NCBI GenBank assembly: GCA_963810935.1
Contig: CAWEPK010000008.1
Location: 544,001-608,000, forward strand
Direction: 5' to 3'
Source: an uncultured delta proteobacterium
GTDB lineage: Bacteria; Desulfobacterota; Syntrophorhabdia; Syntrophorhabdales; WCHB1-27
Length of the DNA: 64,000 bases
The stretch's first letter is position 1. Each line of letters opens with the position of its first letter. Positions 53,253-64,000 of this stretch are shown one piece after another. The translations under genes were made by a program, and so were the position numbers. The notes below the pieces were generated by a model, which saw only the letters and a list, made by a program, of their open reading frames with translations, searched no databases and had not been told where the DNA came from.

Positions 53253-55208
53253 TGTTCAATATCCCTCTCTTTTCTAGGTCTTCAGCGACATAAGTCAAGT
53301 CGAGCTCCTCCAGCCTTTCCCTGGTGGGAACGCCGTCCATATTCCAGCCCTTGTACGTATAGTACGTGGACAGGAGATCTTCCTCGAGCTCCGGGACCCT
53401 CTTCTTCCAGTGGTCCTTCGGCGGTTTCTCGTCGGCCCTTCTCATGCCCCGCCTGTTGTTGAACGCCCTGTGGAGGTTCCGGCTCCTGTTGACTATCTTC
53501 TTGAGCCCCGCTTCGTCTACGTCCATCCCGGTAGCCGCAGATATCAGCTTCGGGTAGTTGTGGATATGATACGGGGGCTTGAGACAGAACGACGACATGC
53601 CCGCGCAGACGCAGCAGGCGTCGTCGATGTTATGCAGCATCTCCATCCAGTCCACGATCTCGGCGCACATGTTCGGCGTCGGGAAGTTAGGTATCGCTTT
53701 CTCCCCGCGGATATCCCAGTCGAGGAGGTACTGCTTGAAATGCTCGTCGGGAAGCTGCGGCCAGTCTTTAACGAAGGCTTCCCTCTGCTCCATCGTCGGG
53801 AAGGCAGATTGCGGCCACTGTCCCTCGATCTGCGTGATGCTGATCTTCTCGTTCGTCGAGTACATAAGAAAATAAAGGGGATCGAGCATGCCCAGCTTGA
53901 GTGGCAACTGCTCGTGCCGCTTGATGGTGTTGTGGTCGAATTCCTCAGCCCCGTTGCCGATGGCCCGCGCGGCGTAATAAACGCCGTCCGCGAGGACGTC
54001 CCCGATCCCTTCCCTGCGGGCGATCCTGTCGAGGAGCCAGAAGAACCTCCCCTCCTTGTCGGCGGGACATCCATCGAAGTCCTTGTCGGTGAGGATGCCG
54101 GCATCGTACAGCTCGACGGCGAAGGCCATGATCTGCGGAGTGGAGAAAGAGTCGAACCCGTACTCCGTGGCTTTTTGCAGGATCCTGAAGTTGAAGCCCA
54201 GGTCGTCTACCATTGCCCCCATGCAGTATGTGAGCTTGCCGAAGCATTTCATCATGTAATAGGGGGATTCCTGGTAGGAGACAAGGGCCCCGCAGTGCTG
54301 CGGGCAGTTGAAACAGCTTATCAGCCGCTTTACCGCCTCGTGCTGCGCCGCGATCCAGTTCGTCTCGTTTTCCTTACTCCAGAAGTCTCTTCTTCTGGTG
54401 CGGGCATTACCCCACATAAAGTTTTCCGTATGCCACTTTTCATCGGTGTGGACCATCTCCTGGGGCGACCCGATGCCCGAGAGGATCGTCATGACGTCCG
54501 GGATAGGGTTCGCGTTCCGGTAATTTATATATTCCGTCACGCCCTTCATGAGCTCCATGAATTCTGCGCCCCTGGCGAGGTTGACGTCCTTCGTCCCCCG
54601 GACGGCCACGGCCTTGACCTTCTTGTCCCCCAGGACTGCACCGCCGCCGAGCCTCGATGCGCTAGACCGGGACTGCTCGATGGAGGCCGTGAAGCACCTG
54701 TTCTCGCCGGCCAGGCCGATAGCGGCCACCTGTATCCTGTGGTCACCCAATTCTGCCCTGATAAGGTCCTGCGTCTCGACGGCGCCCCTGCCCTTCAGGT
54801 GCGTGGCGTCGCGGAGCTCCACCTTGTCGTTGTTTATCCATATGTAGACCCAGTCCGGCGATTTGTTGCGCAGGACGACTTTATCCCAGCCTGCATATTT
54901 CAGCTCGGCCGAGAAAAACCGCCCATCATCGGATAGGCCAGCAGGTGCGATTGCGGGGAAACAAAGGTGACGACCGTCCGGTTCGCGCTGAAAGCAGGTG
55001 TCGCGTTGAACAAGCCGGAGTCGATTATCAGCATATTATCGTCGTCGAACGGACCGACTTCAGGCCCGACCCTGTCCCAGTGCATCTTGACGCTCGTGCC
55101 CAGCCCCCCAAGGTGGGTTTCCATCATCTTCGGGTCCGTTTCCACCCGCTCGATGTTCCCCGACGCCAGGTCGATTTCCAAGTTGTAGCCCGTTTCGGCG
55201 TATCTCAT
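53239..55208 (-). CDS. bamB: Tungsten-containing class II benzoyl-CoA reductase catalytic subunit BamB (AOR family); one T missing near 54914-54918
   Basis: MRYAETGYNLE, MMGGF[+T]FSAELKYAG, GSPQEM..DEKWHTENF.WGNARTRR, CFNCPQHC, MMKCF, KPPYHIHNYP; closely resembles Geobacter BamB as recalled. Confidence 0.9.
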
Positions 55209-55269
55209 CTCTTACCCCTTTCGGATGCTCTGTCTGGATTGCTTGTGAATTATCTCTCAAATAAGGTTA

Positions 55270-55298
55270 TTTATATCAAACAGACCCCCCTCTGTCAA
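55270..55298 (-). promoter_or_regulatory. Sigma70 promoter of bamB
   Basis: Minus strand TTGACA-N17-TATAAA. Confidence 0.7.
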
Positions 55299-55683
55299 TA
55301 CAAATAGTAACCTGAAATCCGTAATTATTACAAGAACGGACAAATAGCATAAAACGGTGGGCGGAAGCGGGAATTTACCGGAGCACTATTGCTCCCTTGT
55401 GAAAGTGTTCAGCCCTTCAAATTATCTGTTATTCCAGGCCCAGTATCTTCCATTCTGCGGCACAGTCCCGGACCGGTTTTACTCCTCTGGTGCGAACCTC
55501 GGCTTATTCGTCAAAATATCATGCGTTTTGTACGTTTTTTATGCGCTTTTATGTTGCGCTTCTCGCTTCTTAGGTCTAATATGTAGCGCTATACGGGTAG
55601 CAACGAGAGATGTAAGGGGAAGATCATTGGTTGTCAGACTTTGGTTGATATATGCGACGGCTGAATTCGCGCTGAGGTGAGAG

Positions 55684-56286
55684 ATGAAAGTCCTCGTATG
55701 CCTGAGCAGCAATATCCTTTCTGAAGGGATTCGCAATCTTTTGGTCAAGAACGGCCACAAGAGCGCCGTGGCAGGCCACAATGGGTCCGTGCCGGCAGAC
55801 TTTGCTCCGGACGTTATACTGGTCGATATCGCCAGCGCCGGCAACAGCTTTCTTACGAGCCACCCCGGCTCAAAGGTCCTGCTCGTCGATACGGGCGTCG
55901 ATAAAGAGAAGATTGTAAATACCCTGTTCCTTTACCGGCTCCACGGAGTCATCTCGTTAGAGACGGAGCTTCCCCTCTTCGAAAAGGCCTTACAGGTCGT
56001 CTCCGCCGGCCAGATCTGGGTTGATAACAATACCCTCAAAGCCTTCCTGCGGGAAGGCGCCCCGCCGCAGGCCGCCCAGAGAGGGACAGGCGTCACGGAA
56101 AGGGAGAGGGAGATCATAGAGCTGGTCTGCCGCGGGTGGAGCAACAGGGAGATAGCAGGCCATCTTACACTTAGCGAACACACCATAAAAGCCCACCTTA
56201 ACCGGATATTCAGAAAATGCAATGCTTCCAGCCGCTCGAAGCTCATCACGATGATGATGCGGCAGGAACGCGAAACTACTCTCTGA
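55684..56286 (+). CDS. LuxR/NarL family regulator with atypical receiver domain
   Basis: C-terminal TEREREII...GWSNREIA..L.LSEHTIKAH; PDVILVD. Confidence 0.92.
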   Translation: MKVLVCLSSNILSEGIRNLLVKNGHKSAVAGHNGSVPADFAPDVILVDIASAGNSFLTSHPGSKVLLVDTGVDKEKIVNTLFLYRLHGVISLETELPLFEKALQVVSAGQIWVDNNTLKAFLREGAPPQAAQRGTGVTEREREIIELVCRGWSNREIAGHLTLSEHTIKAHLNRIFRKCNASSRSKLITMMMRQERETTL

Positions 56287-56368
56287 TCGGACAATCCTTC
56301 ACCGGCAGCCTGGATAATTTTAGCCACCCCTGACACATAGGCAGTATAATAGTGTTAGGAGGTCAACC

Positions 56369-57493
56369 ATGATTATCGGCATCCCCAAAGAGATCAAGGT
56401 CGAGGAGAAACGCATAGCCATAGTGCCCGGCGGGGCGGAGGCCCTGGCTGCGGAAGGCCATAAAGTGCTCGTGGAGACCGGCGCCGGCCTGGGCAGCGGC
56501 TTCGATGACGCTGAATACGTACGGGCCGGGGCCGAGATCGTGTCCGATGGAAAGGCGGCTTATGCCCGCTCGGACATGGTGCTCAAGGTCAAGGAGCCGC
56601 TTCCGGTAGAATGGCACCTGCTTAAGGAAGGCCAGGTCCTGTTTACTTATCTCCATCTGGCCGCCTCCGAGGCGCTCACGCTTGCCCTGCTGAAGAAGAA
56701 GGTCGTCGCCATAGCGTACGAGACCGTAGAGACCGAGGAAGGTTTTCTTCCCCTTTTATGGCCCATGAGCGAGATCGCCGGCCGGATGGCGCCGCAGGAA
56801 GGCGCGAAGTACCTGGAAGAGACCTACGGCGGGCGGGGGGTCCTTCTGGGCGGAGTGCCCGGTGTCCCCCCGGCCAATGTGGTGATACTGGGCGGAGGGA
56901 GCGTGGGGTCAAACGCGGCCCGCGTGGCGGTCGGCATGGGCGCCTGCGTGACGGTGCTCGACACGTCGGCGAAGAGGCTCCGCGAGATCGACGAAATGTA
57001 TAGGGGCCGGATAGTAACAATGATAGCCGACAGCTATAACGTGAGAACGGTCCTCTCCTTCGCCGACCTCGTTATCGGGGCGGTGCTCGTTCCCGGCGCA
57101 AAGGCGCCGCGCCTCATCACACGGGCCATGCTAAAGACCATGAGGCCCGGCGCCGTACTTGTCGACGTAGCGATCGACCAGGGGGGCTGCGCGGAGACGT
57201 CGAAGCCTACTACCCATGACGACCCGGTTTACGTCGAGGAAGGGATAGTCCATTATACGGTGGCCAACATGCCGGGCGCTGTGCCCAGGACTGCGACAAG
57301 GGCCCTCACCCTCAACACGCTGCCCTACGTCATCGCGATAGCCAAATATGGCTGGAAAGAGGCAAGCCGCAAGGACCCGGCGCTCAGGCGGGGCGTCAAT
57401 ATGGTTGAAGGGAATATCACCTATAAAGCGGTGGCTGAGGCGTTTAACCTGCCGCACTGCCCGGTGGACGAGCTATTGGGGCAAGATAGCTAA
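56369..57493 (+). CDS. ald: Alanine dehydrogenase
   Basis: [41 protein letters not shown]. Confidence 0.97.
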   Translation: MIIGIPKEIKVEEKRIAIVPGGAEALAAEGHKVLVETGAGLGSGFDDAEYVRAGAEIVSDGKAAYARSDMVLKVKEPLPVEWHLLKEGQVLFTYLHLAASEALTLALLKKKVVAIAYETVETEEGFLPLLWPMSEIAGRMAPQEGAKYLEETYGGRGVLLGGVPGVPPANVVILGGGSVGSNAARVAVGMGACVTVLDTSAKRLREIDEMYRGRIVTMIADSYNVRTVLSFADLVIGAVLVPGAKAPRLITRAMLKTMRPGAVLVDVAIDQGGCAETSKPTTHDDPVYVEEGIVHYTVANMPGAVPRTATRALTLNTLPYVIAIAKYGWKEASRKDPALRRGVNMVEGNITYKAVAEAFNLPHCPVDELLGQDS

Positions 57494-57510
57494 GGCAAAA
57501 CTAAAAACAA

Positions 57511-57602
57511 TGACGCGCTCCACGGCGGCCGGGGTGTTTCCTGCGCCGAACGCGACGACAAAACTAAGCGCGAAAAACACCCGGACACCGCGGAGCGCGT
57601 CA
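57511..57602. repeat. 92-nt imperfect inverted repeat between convergent ald and rpoD
   Basis: TGACGCGCTCC/GGAGCGCGTCA, CCGGGGTGTTT/AAACACCCGG, GCGC/GCGC nested stems. Confidence 0.75.
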
Positions 57603-57603
57603 A

Positions 57604-59187
57604 CTATACGTCAGCGAAGCATTTCAGGCGCTTGGCCCTGGACGGGTGGCGCAGCTTGCGCAACGCCTTCGCCTCAATCTGCCTTATCCTCTCCCTCGTC
57701 ACCTCAAATACCTGGCCGACCTCTTCGAGGGTATGATCGCATTTCTCGCCGATGCCGAACCTCATCCTTATTACCCTCTCCTCTTTAGGGGTCAAGGTTG
57801 ATAATATCCTGTCGAGCTGCCGGATGAGGTCGTGGAATATGACCGAATCCTGCGGCACAGTGGCGTTCTTGTCCTCTATAAGATCGGAAAGGTGGGTATC
57901 TTCGTCGTCGCTGACCGGCGTCTCCAGCGAGATCGGCTCCTTGGTGATGCGGAGTATCTTTCTTATCTTATCGACCGAGAATCCGATCTTCTCCGCTATC
58001 TCGTCGGGCAGGGGCTCCCTTCCGAGGTCCTGGACCAACTCGCGTGACACCCTGACGATCTTATTTATCGTCTCGATCATGTGGACCGGGATCCTTATGG
58101 TACGCGCCTGGTCTGCAATCGCCCGCGTGATTGCCTGCCTGATCCACCAGGTGGCGTAGGTGCTGAACTTGTAGCCCCGGCGGTACTCGAACTTCTCCAC
58201 AGCCTTCATGAGGCCGATATTGCCCTCCTGCACCAAGTCCAGGAGGGAAAGGCCCCGGTTGATATATTTCTTTGCTATGCTGACCACAAGCCTGAGATTG
58301 GCCTTGATAAGCTCGTTCTTTGCTTCCAGGCCGTCATTGTCCGCCTTGCAAATGCGGCGGTAGAGCTCTTTCATGACGGGGGCAGGCACACCCGTCTCCT
58401 CCTCGATGCCGGCGATTTTTTCGCGAAGGTCCTTCAATCTCCTGGCCGCGCCGTTCCTGGCCGGCTGCGACTGCCGCCCTATCTCCATCTCGATCTTCTC
58501 GATCCGCTCCACGGCGTGTTCCATTCTGTTCTTTATCCGGTCTACTATCTTCCGGCTCAAGGCTATATCACCGGAGATCTGCCGCATCTCCGCCTGGCAG
58601 CGCGCCTTTTCTCTCTTGTCCTCCGTCTTCATCGACCTCAGGTATACCTGGCTCAGCGCCTCCAGCAGGTGGACGATCTTTTCCTTTTGTGCGTCCTCTT
58701 CGCCCATCTCCTCGCCCTCTTCCGTCTCAGGGGCAATCTCGGAGAGGCTCAATTCGGACATCTTGAGGCTCGAATAAAGGTCGAGGAGTTCCTTGATCGT
58801 CCCCGGATAAGAAAGAAGGACCTCCCTGACTTCCTCTTTTGCCTCCTCGATGCGCATGGCAATCTCTTTCTCGCCGTCCCTGGTGAGGAGGCCCACGCCG
58901 CCCATTTCCTTGATGTAATGCTTGATGGGGTTTGACAGCTCTTCGTCGTAAGGGGCCTCGAATCCGTCCTCGAAGCCTTCCGCGTATTTATCGCCCGGCA
59001 GTAATTCCCCCTCACCCTTATCGATGTCGAAGAGGTCGATGTCATCGAAAAACGCCGCCTGTTCCTCGCCTGCCGGGGCGAGCATCAGGTAAAAATCACC
59101 CGTTTCCTGGCCTTCGTCGTATGGAAGAAAACGCTTGGTCCCGCCGAACTCGAACGCCTTGATGCTGCTTCCCATATCCTCGGACAT
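57604..59187 (-). CDS. rpoD: Primary sigma factor RpoD
   Basis: [46 protein letters not shown]; downstream of dnaG. Confidence 0.96.
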   Translation of the reverse strand: MSEDMGSSIKAFEFGGTKRFLPYDEGQETGDFYLMLAPAGEEQAAFFDDIDLFDIDKGEGELLPGDKYAEGFEDGFEAPYDEELSNPIKHYIKEMGGVGLLTRDGEKEIAMRIEEAKEEVREVLLSYPGTIKELLDLYSSLKMSELSLSEIAPETEEGEEMGEEDAQKEKIVHLLEALSQVYLRSMKTEDKREKARCQAEMRQISGDIALSRKIVDRIKNRMEHAVERIEKIEMEIGRQSQPARNGAARRLKDLREKIAGIEEETGVPAPVMKELYRRICKADNDGLEAKNELIKANLRLVVSIAKKYINRGLSLLDLVQEGNIGLMKAVEKFEYRRGYKFSTYATWWIRQAITRAIADQARTIRIPVHMIETINKIVRVSRELVQDLGREPLPDEIAEKIGFSVDKIRKILRITKEPISLETPVSDDEDTHLSDLIEDKNATVPQDSVIFHDLIRQLDRILSTLTPKEERVIRMRFGIGEKCDHTLEEVGQVFEVTRERIRQIEAKALRKLRHPSRAKRLKCFADV

Positions 59188-59194
59188 AGTAACC

Positions 59195-60916
59195 TCACTT
59201 GGCGGATTTATTCTTCAAGGCCGTAAGCACGTTCCTCTTCTTTTCGAGCAACTCCCGTAAAGCCCCTTCGTCACCTCTTTTTTCCGCATCTGCCAGCATT
59301 GCGGTAATACCCATGTGCTCTTCTCTGGTGATCCTGTTCTCTACGTAGGAGAGGTAATCGGACACGGTCCTCTCCACTTCCAGCTCGTCATATTCAGCCA
59401 CGTCCATGGCCGAGCGGACCGCCTTTTCCCTTAGCTCCGGCTTCTCCAGAACGTTCAGAAAAAGACTGATATCCAGACTCGCATGCTGCTCGTAATAGCT
59501 GGTCAGGCTGGACAACACTTCCCCGAGGTCTTTATCCTTTATCTGCGCTTCCACCCCCTTTCCTTTAATAATTTTAAGGAGTTCCGGCCTATTCAATAGA
59601 ATGCCTACGACCTTCTCCTCTATAACGTTCCTCGTCTGTGCACCGTTGTCGCCTTCGATCTCTTTGCGGGCGTCAGTCAGGTTGTCCCAGAAGCGGTATT
59701 CCTCCACGCCTGTCATCTCGGAAAGCCGCTGGACGTAGAGACTCTTTTTCACCGTGTCCCTCATACCTTCCAGGTAAGGGACGACCGATTTTATGAAGGC
59801 CAACCGGCCCTCCAGGGTGCCGACATCGAATTTTTTGGCATGGAGGTCGAAGAGATAATCAAGGACGCCTTTCTTGCCCTCCATGGCCTTCAGGAACCCG
59901 CTCAGACCGTGGGCGCGCACGAAGCTGTCCGGGTCATGCGCCTCGGGCAGGACGACCATGTTCCCGTTGATCCCCATCTCGGCAAGCGGCGTGATGAGGC
60001 GCAGGGCGCTCTTTATGCCGGCCTCGTCGCCGTCGAGCATCAGGGTGATGTTCTCGGTGTAATTCCGGAGGCGCGTCAACTGCTCCTCCGTGATGGAGGT
60101 CCCGAGCGTCGCCACCGCGTTTTTCGCTCCGGCCGCGTGGAGCGTGATAAGGTCGAAATACCCCTCGACGATAATCGCCTCGTCCTTGTCGATTATCTCC
60201 CTTCTGGCCGCGTCGAGGCCGTAAAGTATCGACCGCTTGGTGAAGATGGCCGACTCCGGCGAGTTGATATATTTCGGCAGGACGTCCTTGCCCATGGCGC
60301 GCCCCCCGAAACCAACCACTTTGCCCCTGGCGTCCCGAATAGGGATGATTAGCCTGCCGCGGAATATGTCGTACAGCTCGCCCGTGTCCCGCGTCTTCAT
60401 TATGCCGGAATTGATGAGAAGGTCGAGGGGCGCCCCGAGACGCGCCGCAAGCTCTTTGCCCTTGTAGCTCCTCCGCTCGCTGTACCCGAGCTTGAATTCG
60501 TCCACCACGGGGCCCGCGATCTTCCTGTCGGACAAATACCTCATCGCGGACGGATCCCGTTTCAGGCAGTTGTGATAGTGGTCGGCCAGCTTCGCGAGGG
60601 CATCGAATACGGGGGTCCGGGCGGAGGCTATCCTGCCTCTGGACTCCACCCCCACTTGCTGGGCGAGGGTCTCCAGCGCCTCCTGGAATGACGTTCTTTC
60701 GTATTTGGCGATGAAATTGACGGCGTTGCCGCCTTCGTGGCATCCGAAGCAATAATATATTTGCTTCTCGATACTTACGCTGAATGACGGAGTTTTCTCT
60801 TTATGGAACGGGCAAAGTCCTATGAAATTCCTCCCGCTTTTCCTTAACTTTACGTACCGGGAGACAACATCGAGGATGTTGACCCTTCCCAGCACTTCAT
60901 CAAGAACGGAGCTCAT
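59195..60916 (-). CDS. dnaG: DNA primase
   Basis: [33 protein letters not shown]. Confidence 0.97.
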   Translation of the reverse strand: MSSVLDEVLGRVNILDVVSRYVKLRKSGRNFIGLCPFHKEKTPSFSVSIEKQIYYCFGCHEGGNAVNFIAKYERTSFQEALETLAQQVGVESRGRIASARTPVFDALAKLADHYHNCLKRDPSAMRYLSDRKIAGPVVDEFKLGYSERRSYKGKELAARLGAPLDLLINSGIMKTRDTGELYDIFRGRLIIPIRDARGKVVGFGGRAMGKDVLPKYINSPESAIFTKRSILYGLDAARREIIDKDEAIIVEGYFDLITLHAAGAKNAVATLGTSITEEQLTRLRNYTENITLMLDGDEAGIKSALRLITPLAEMGINGNMVVLPEAHDPDSFVRAHGLSGFLKAMEGKKGVLDYLFDLHAKKFDVGTLEGRLAFIKSVVPYLEGMRDTVKKSLYVQRLSEMTGVEEYRFWDNLTDARKEIEGDNGAQTRNVIEEKVVGILLNRPELLKIIKGKGVEAQIKDKDLGEVLSSLTSYYEQHASLDISLFLNVLEKPELREKAVRSAMDVAEYDELEVERTVSDYLSYVENRITREEHMGITAMLADAEKRGDEGALRELLEKKRNVLTALKNKSAK

Positions 60917-63207
60917 AGCAACTCTACGATCGTAATACCGGAGTTCTTTTCGTCTTTCTTTATGTCTTTTATGTGGCCGGCCTCGGAAAGGTGCTCCCTG
61001 ATCGCCCGCATGAGCCTCCCGGTGCCGATGCCGTGGAGTATGCGGACATTTTGTGTGCCGTGGACTATTGCCCTGTCGACGAACCTGTCCACCTCTGAAA
61101 GGGCCTCATCCACGCGCAGGCCCATCACGTTGATCTCCGGGACCTCGATGTCGCTGACGTTGACCTCTATCGGCGTCTGCTTGTTCTCCGGCTGGCGGCC
61201 GATCAGATCGACATAATCCTTCTTGATCCGCATCCGCATATTGCCGATGACGATCTCCGCCATCCCCTTCTGGCCGTCGATCTGGGCAACATAGCCTTCT
61301 TTCCCGATAGTGCGAACCCTGACGTAGTCGCCTTCGTGTATCTCGCCCTGGTGGTGGACGGCCTTTTTCTCCGGTATGACCGTCGATCTCAAGGCCGCCG
61401 CCTTCTCCTTGGCGGCCCGGAGCGATTCCCGGTCTTTTTTGGCAATCTCTTTGGTTATCTCATCGATCTGCGCCTCCAGGGCGGCCACCTTCTCCCGGCA
61501 GCGCTCTTCGGCGCGGGCGATATACTCATCCCGCTTCGCCCGGATGGTCTCGAGGCGCTTGTGCATATCCTCCCTGTAGGCGGCAGCCTTGCGCTTCTCC
61601 TCCTGGGCGGCCTTCGTTTCCGTCTCCAGGCCGCGCACAAGGTCGTTCAGCACGTATTCCTGCTTGCCCAGGTAGTTCGCGCTCTTGTCGATGATCTCCT
61701 GCGGCATGCCGCTCATCTGCGCCACCTTCAGGGCGTTGCTGACCCCTGCCGCCCCGTAGACGAGTCTGTAAAGGGGTTTCATGGTCCGGGAATCGAAGTC
61801 CGTCGCAGCGTTCAACGCGAAGGGATGGGAGGCACCGTACGCCTTCAGGAGGTTAAGGTGGGTCGTCACCATCACCTTGCAGCCCTTTTCGACGAAGGCG
61901 TCGATAATCCCCATAGCAAGGGCCGAGGCCTCCTGCGGCTCCGTGCCGCCGCCGATCTCGTCGATCAGCACCAGCTCCCCGCCCAAAGCGCGCTCGTAAA
62001 CGCTTTTAATTGCCTCGACATGGGCCGTAAAGGTCGAAAGCTCCATCGATATGTCCTGCTCGTCGCCCATTACGGCGTAGATACCGGGGAACAGGCAGAC
62101 CCTCGGCGTCGCCTTTGCCGGGATGAACATGCCCGCCGCGGACATGACAAGGAGAAGGCCGGTCGTCTTAAGGGCCACCGTCTTGCCGTCCGCGTTGGGC
62201 CCGCTGATGATGATCGCCTGTTTATCTTCCCCGATAACGATATCTATCGGGATGGCCCTTTCGCCCTTGGAGAGCCTGATAAACGGGTTGACCGCCCCCT
62301 TTATCTCTATAGCGCCCCCTTCAGCCACCACCGGCCTTACGCCGTCGAAGGCGGAGGCGAACTGCGCGAGGCAGTGGTGCAGGTCGAGGTCTGCGATGAC
62401 GTCGAGCATCTCCGCCATTTCTTTCGCATAGCGGCGCACCGAGCGGGTCAGCTCTGCAAGTATCCGTTTTTCTTCTTCTTTCTCCTCTTTTTCGAGGACG
62501 CTGATGGTGTTGTTGACTTCCATCGTCTCTACGGGCTCGACGAAGGAGGTCTTCAGGGAATGGGAATAATCATGGACTATGCCGGAAAAGAACTGGTTGT
62601 AATTCGGTTTGAGGGGTATTACGTACCTGCCGTTCCTGACTGCTATGTAGTTATCCTGAACGACGGGCCTTACATCGTCCCTCTCCATGATGCGCTCCAG
62701 GGAGCGCCTTGCCCTTTCCTTATGCTGGTAAAGGTCGGATCGTATCCTGGAAAGCTCGTAAGAGGCGCTGTCTTCGATGAAGCCCTCCTCGTTGACGGTT
62801 TTCCTGATCCTGGCCGCTACCTCCGGCAGCGCCTTTATGCCCTCGATGACGGACTCGATGTAGGCGCCCTTCTTTATCGCCTTCCGGAGGAACGCCGAGA
62901 CGCCTTTGCAGCTTGCCAGGAAATGGCCGACGGCAAGGAAATCAGTTATCTCCAGGGTGAATTCCGCCAAATTTAGACCGGCCAGCGCTTTCCTGATGTC
63001 CGGGGTGTCCCCGAGAGGGACCGGGCCGTGCGGGCGGACCACGTCGAGTACGGCCTCTATGCGGTCCTGACGATCCCCAATCTCAGAGATTGTCGCTAAA
63101 GGTCTTAAATTATTAATCTTTTCGTCTATGAAACCGGTTGATGAATGGCGTTTTATGACTTCGAGGAGTCTGAGGTAGTCTAAGTATTCGAAGGTTTTGT
63201 CTGCCAT
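60913..63207 (-). CDS. mutS2: Endonuclease MutS2
   Basis: GIVHD, SGPNADGKT, LSTFTAH, LIDEIGGGT, TTH, Smr HGIGTG. Confidence 0.95.
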   Translation of the reverse strand: MADKTFEYLDYLRLLEVIKRHSSTGFIDEKINNLRPLATISEIGDRQDRIEAVLDVVRPHGPVPLGDTPDIRKALAGLNLAEFTLEITDFLAVGHFLASCKGVSAFLRKAIKKGAYIESVIEGIKALPEVAARIRKTVNEEGFIEDSASYELSRIRSDLYQHKERARRSLERIMERDDVRPVVQDNYIAVRNGRYVIPLKPNYNQFFSGIVHDYSHSLKTSFVEPVETMEVNNTISVLEKEEKEEEKRILAELTRSVRRYAKEMAEMLDVIADLDLHHCLAQFASAFDGVRPVVAEGGAIEIKGAVNPFIRLSKGERAIPIDIVIGEDKQAIIISGPNADGKTVALKTTGLLLVMSAAGMFIPAKATPRVCLFPGIYAVMGDEQDISMELSTFTAHVEAIKSVYERALGGELVLIDEIGGGTEPQEASALAMGIIDAFVEKGCKVMVTTHLNLLKAYGASHPFALNAATDFDSRTMKPLYRLVYGAAGVSNALKVAQMSGMPQEIIDKSANYLGKQEYVLNDLVRGLETETKAAQEEKRKAAAYREDMHKRLETIRAKRDEYIARAEERCREKVAALEAQIDEITKEIAKKDRESLRAAKEKAAALRSTVIPEKKAVHHQGEIHEGDYVRVRTIGKEGYVAQIDGQKGMAEIVIGNMRMRIKKDYVDLIGRQPENKQTPIEVNVSDIEVPEINVMGLRVDEALSEVDRFVDRAIVHGTQNVRILHGIGTGRLMRAIREHLSEAGHIKDIKKDEKNSGITIVELL

Positions 63208-63216
63208 AAATGGGCT

Positions 63217-63675
63217 TCACGACGGTCTTTGCGAAGACAGCCTGCTTTTCACCATTTCACTCAGCACCTTCCCATCTACCCGGGACCCTAATTTTGCCGT
63301 CAGGACCTTCATTACCTTCCCCATGTCCTTCAGGTCTTTCGCCCCCAGCTCAGTTATGGCCTCCTGCACCTCACGGGCCACCTCCTCTTCGGACAACTGG
63401 GCGGGCAAAAACTCTTTCAAAATCTGGAGCTCTTTCTCCTCCTTTTCCGCAAGGTCCATCCGCTGTCCCTTCCTGAAGCTATCGATCGATTCCACGTGCT
63501 GTTTTATCATCGTTTTGACGACCCCGTGAAACTCATCTTCGGACAGCGGATTTCTTTTTTCGATTTCTTTATAGCTGAGCGACGACAGAAGCATACGCAG
63601 GACGGACACCCTTAAGGCATCCTTACCCTTGAGCGCTTTTTTCAGGCCTTGCTCAATATCGTCTTTGTATGCCAT
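63217..63675 (-). CDS. yqeY: GatB/YqeY domain protein
   Basis: LPAQLSEEE, KDMGKVM, VDGK; follows rpsU. Confidence 0.94.
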   Translation of the reverse strand: MAYKDDIEQGLKKALKGKDALRVSVLRMLLSSLSYKEIEKRNPLSEDEFHGVVKTMIKQHVESIDSFRKGQRMDLAEKEEKELQILKEFLPAQLSEEEVAREVQEAITELGAKDLKDMGKVMKVLTAKLGSRVDGKVLSEMVKSRLSSQRPS

Positions 63676-63679
63676 TCCC

Positions 63680-63889
63680 TTAGTAGAGGCCCTTTTCCAT
63701 CTTTCTTCTCATCTTCTTGAGGGCCCTTTTCTTGGCTGCGAGGATTTTCTTTTTTCTTTTGACGCTAGGCTTTTCGTAATGCTCTCTTCTTTTGATCTCG
63801 GACAGTATGCCTGTCCGCTCGCACTTTTTCTTAAACCGTTTCAGGGCGCTCTCAAATGACTCTCCGTCTCTTATAATAATTGCCGGCAT
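63680..63889 (-). CDS. rpsU: 30S ribosomal protein S21
   Basis: [22 protein letters not shown]. Confidence 0.97.
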   Translation of the reverse strand: MPAIIIRDGESFESALKRFKKKCERTGILSEIKRREHYEKPSVKRKKKILAAKKRALKKMRRKMEKGLY

Positions 63890-64000
63890 GCATCATTCCC
63901 CTCCCTCCATCTATGACAGTTTTAGAAAAGTCATATATTAAACTCCAAATTCGCCCCCCAAGTCAAGATAATCTTTTTCAAGCGATGGGTTTCGCGTTGC

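Noticed and set aside
53410..54936. Long antisense ORFs (also 61336-62976, 43732-45042, 38890-40197, 15048-16205)
   Set aside because: Shadow frames of real genes in GC-rich DNA; no RBS or family motifs
55357..55680. 107-aa ORF upstream of the LuxR gene
   Set aside because: AT-rich, atypical codon usage, no RBS; more likely regulatory DNA
33519..57493. Prophage or integrative element at tRNA-Phe
   Set aside because: No integrase, transposase, phage gene or att duplication seen
59195..63889. mutS2 inside the rpsU-yqeY-dnaG-rpoD operon as a novelty
   Set aside because: I recall this arrangement in other deltaproteobacteria; ordinary housekeeping context

Overview
GC-rich bacterial chromosomal window, most likely from an anaerobic, aromatic-degrading deltaproteobacterium (Syntrophorhabdus/Syntrophus-like; inferred from bamBC, hyp genes and gene order). 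Core blocks: dnaX-ybaB-recR-dedA; hypABFCDE; a long minus-strand run (alaC-hom-apgM-pyrG-kdsA-kdsD-lptC/A fusion-lptB-rpoN-hpf-ptsN-hprK-rapZ-EIIA-HPr-ptsI-metK-ahcY); orphan dctQM; degP; tRNA-Phe; and rpsU-yqeY-mutS2-dnaG-rpoD. The accessory region (about 33.5-57.5 kb) holds a VPLPA-CTERM gene behind a GEMM-I riboswitch with non-canonical pocket bases, an ABC-2 exporter, a TMTC-like glycosyltransferase, an MFS transporter, bamB-bamC-moeA, a LuxR regulator and ald. The best candidate for an undescribed system is the 9-gene catabolic operon at 37135-47281: FadR regulator, PreA-like flavin/Fe-S reductase, three RraA/LigK aldolase paralogs, a domain-swapped serine-dehydratase-like Fe-S enzyme, an SdhA/NadB-like flavoprotein with a rewired active site, and a TAXI-TRAP importer. 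Five single-base frameshifts (recR, rpoN, flavoprotein, preA-like, bamB) are probably assembly errors. All family calls come from motif recognition by eye; no searches were run.
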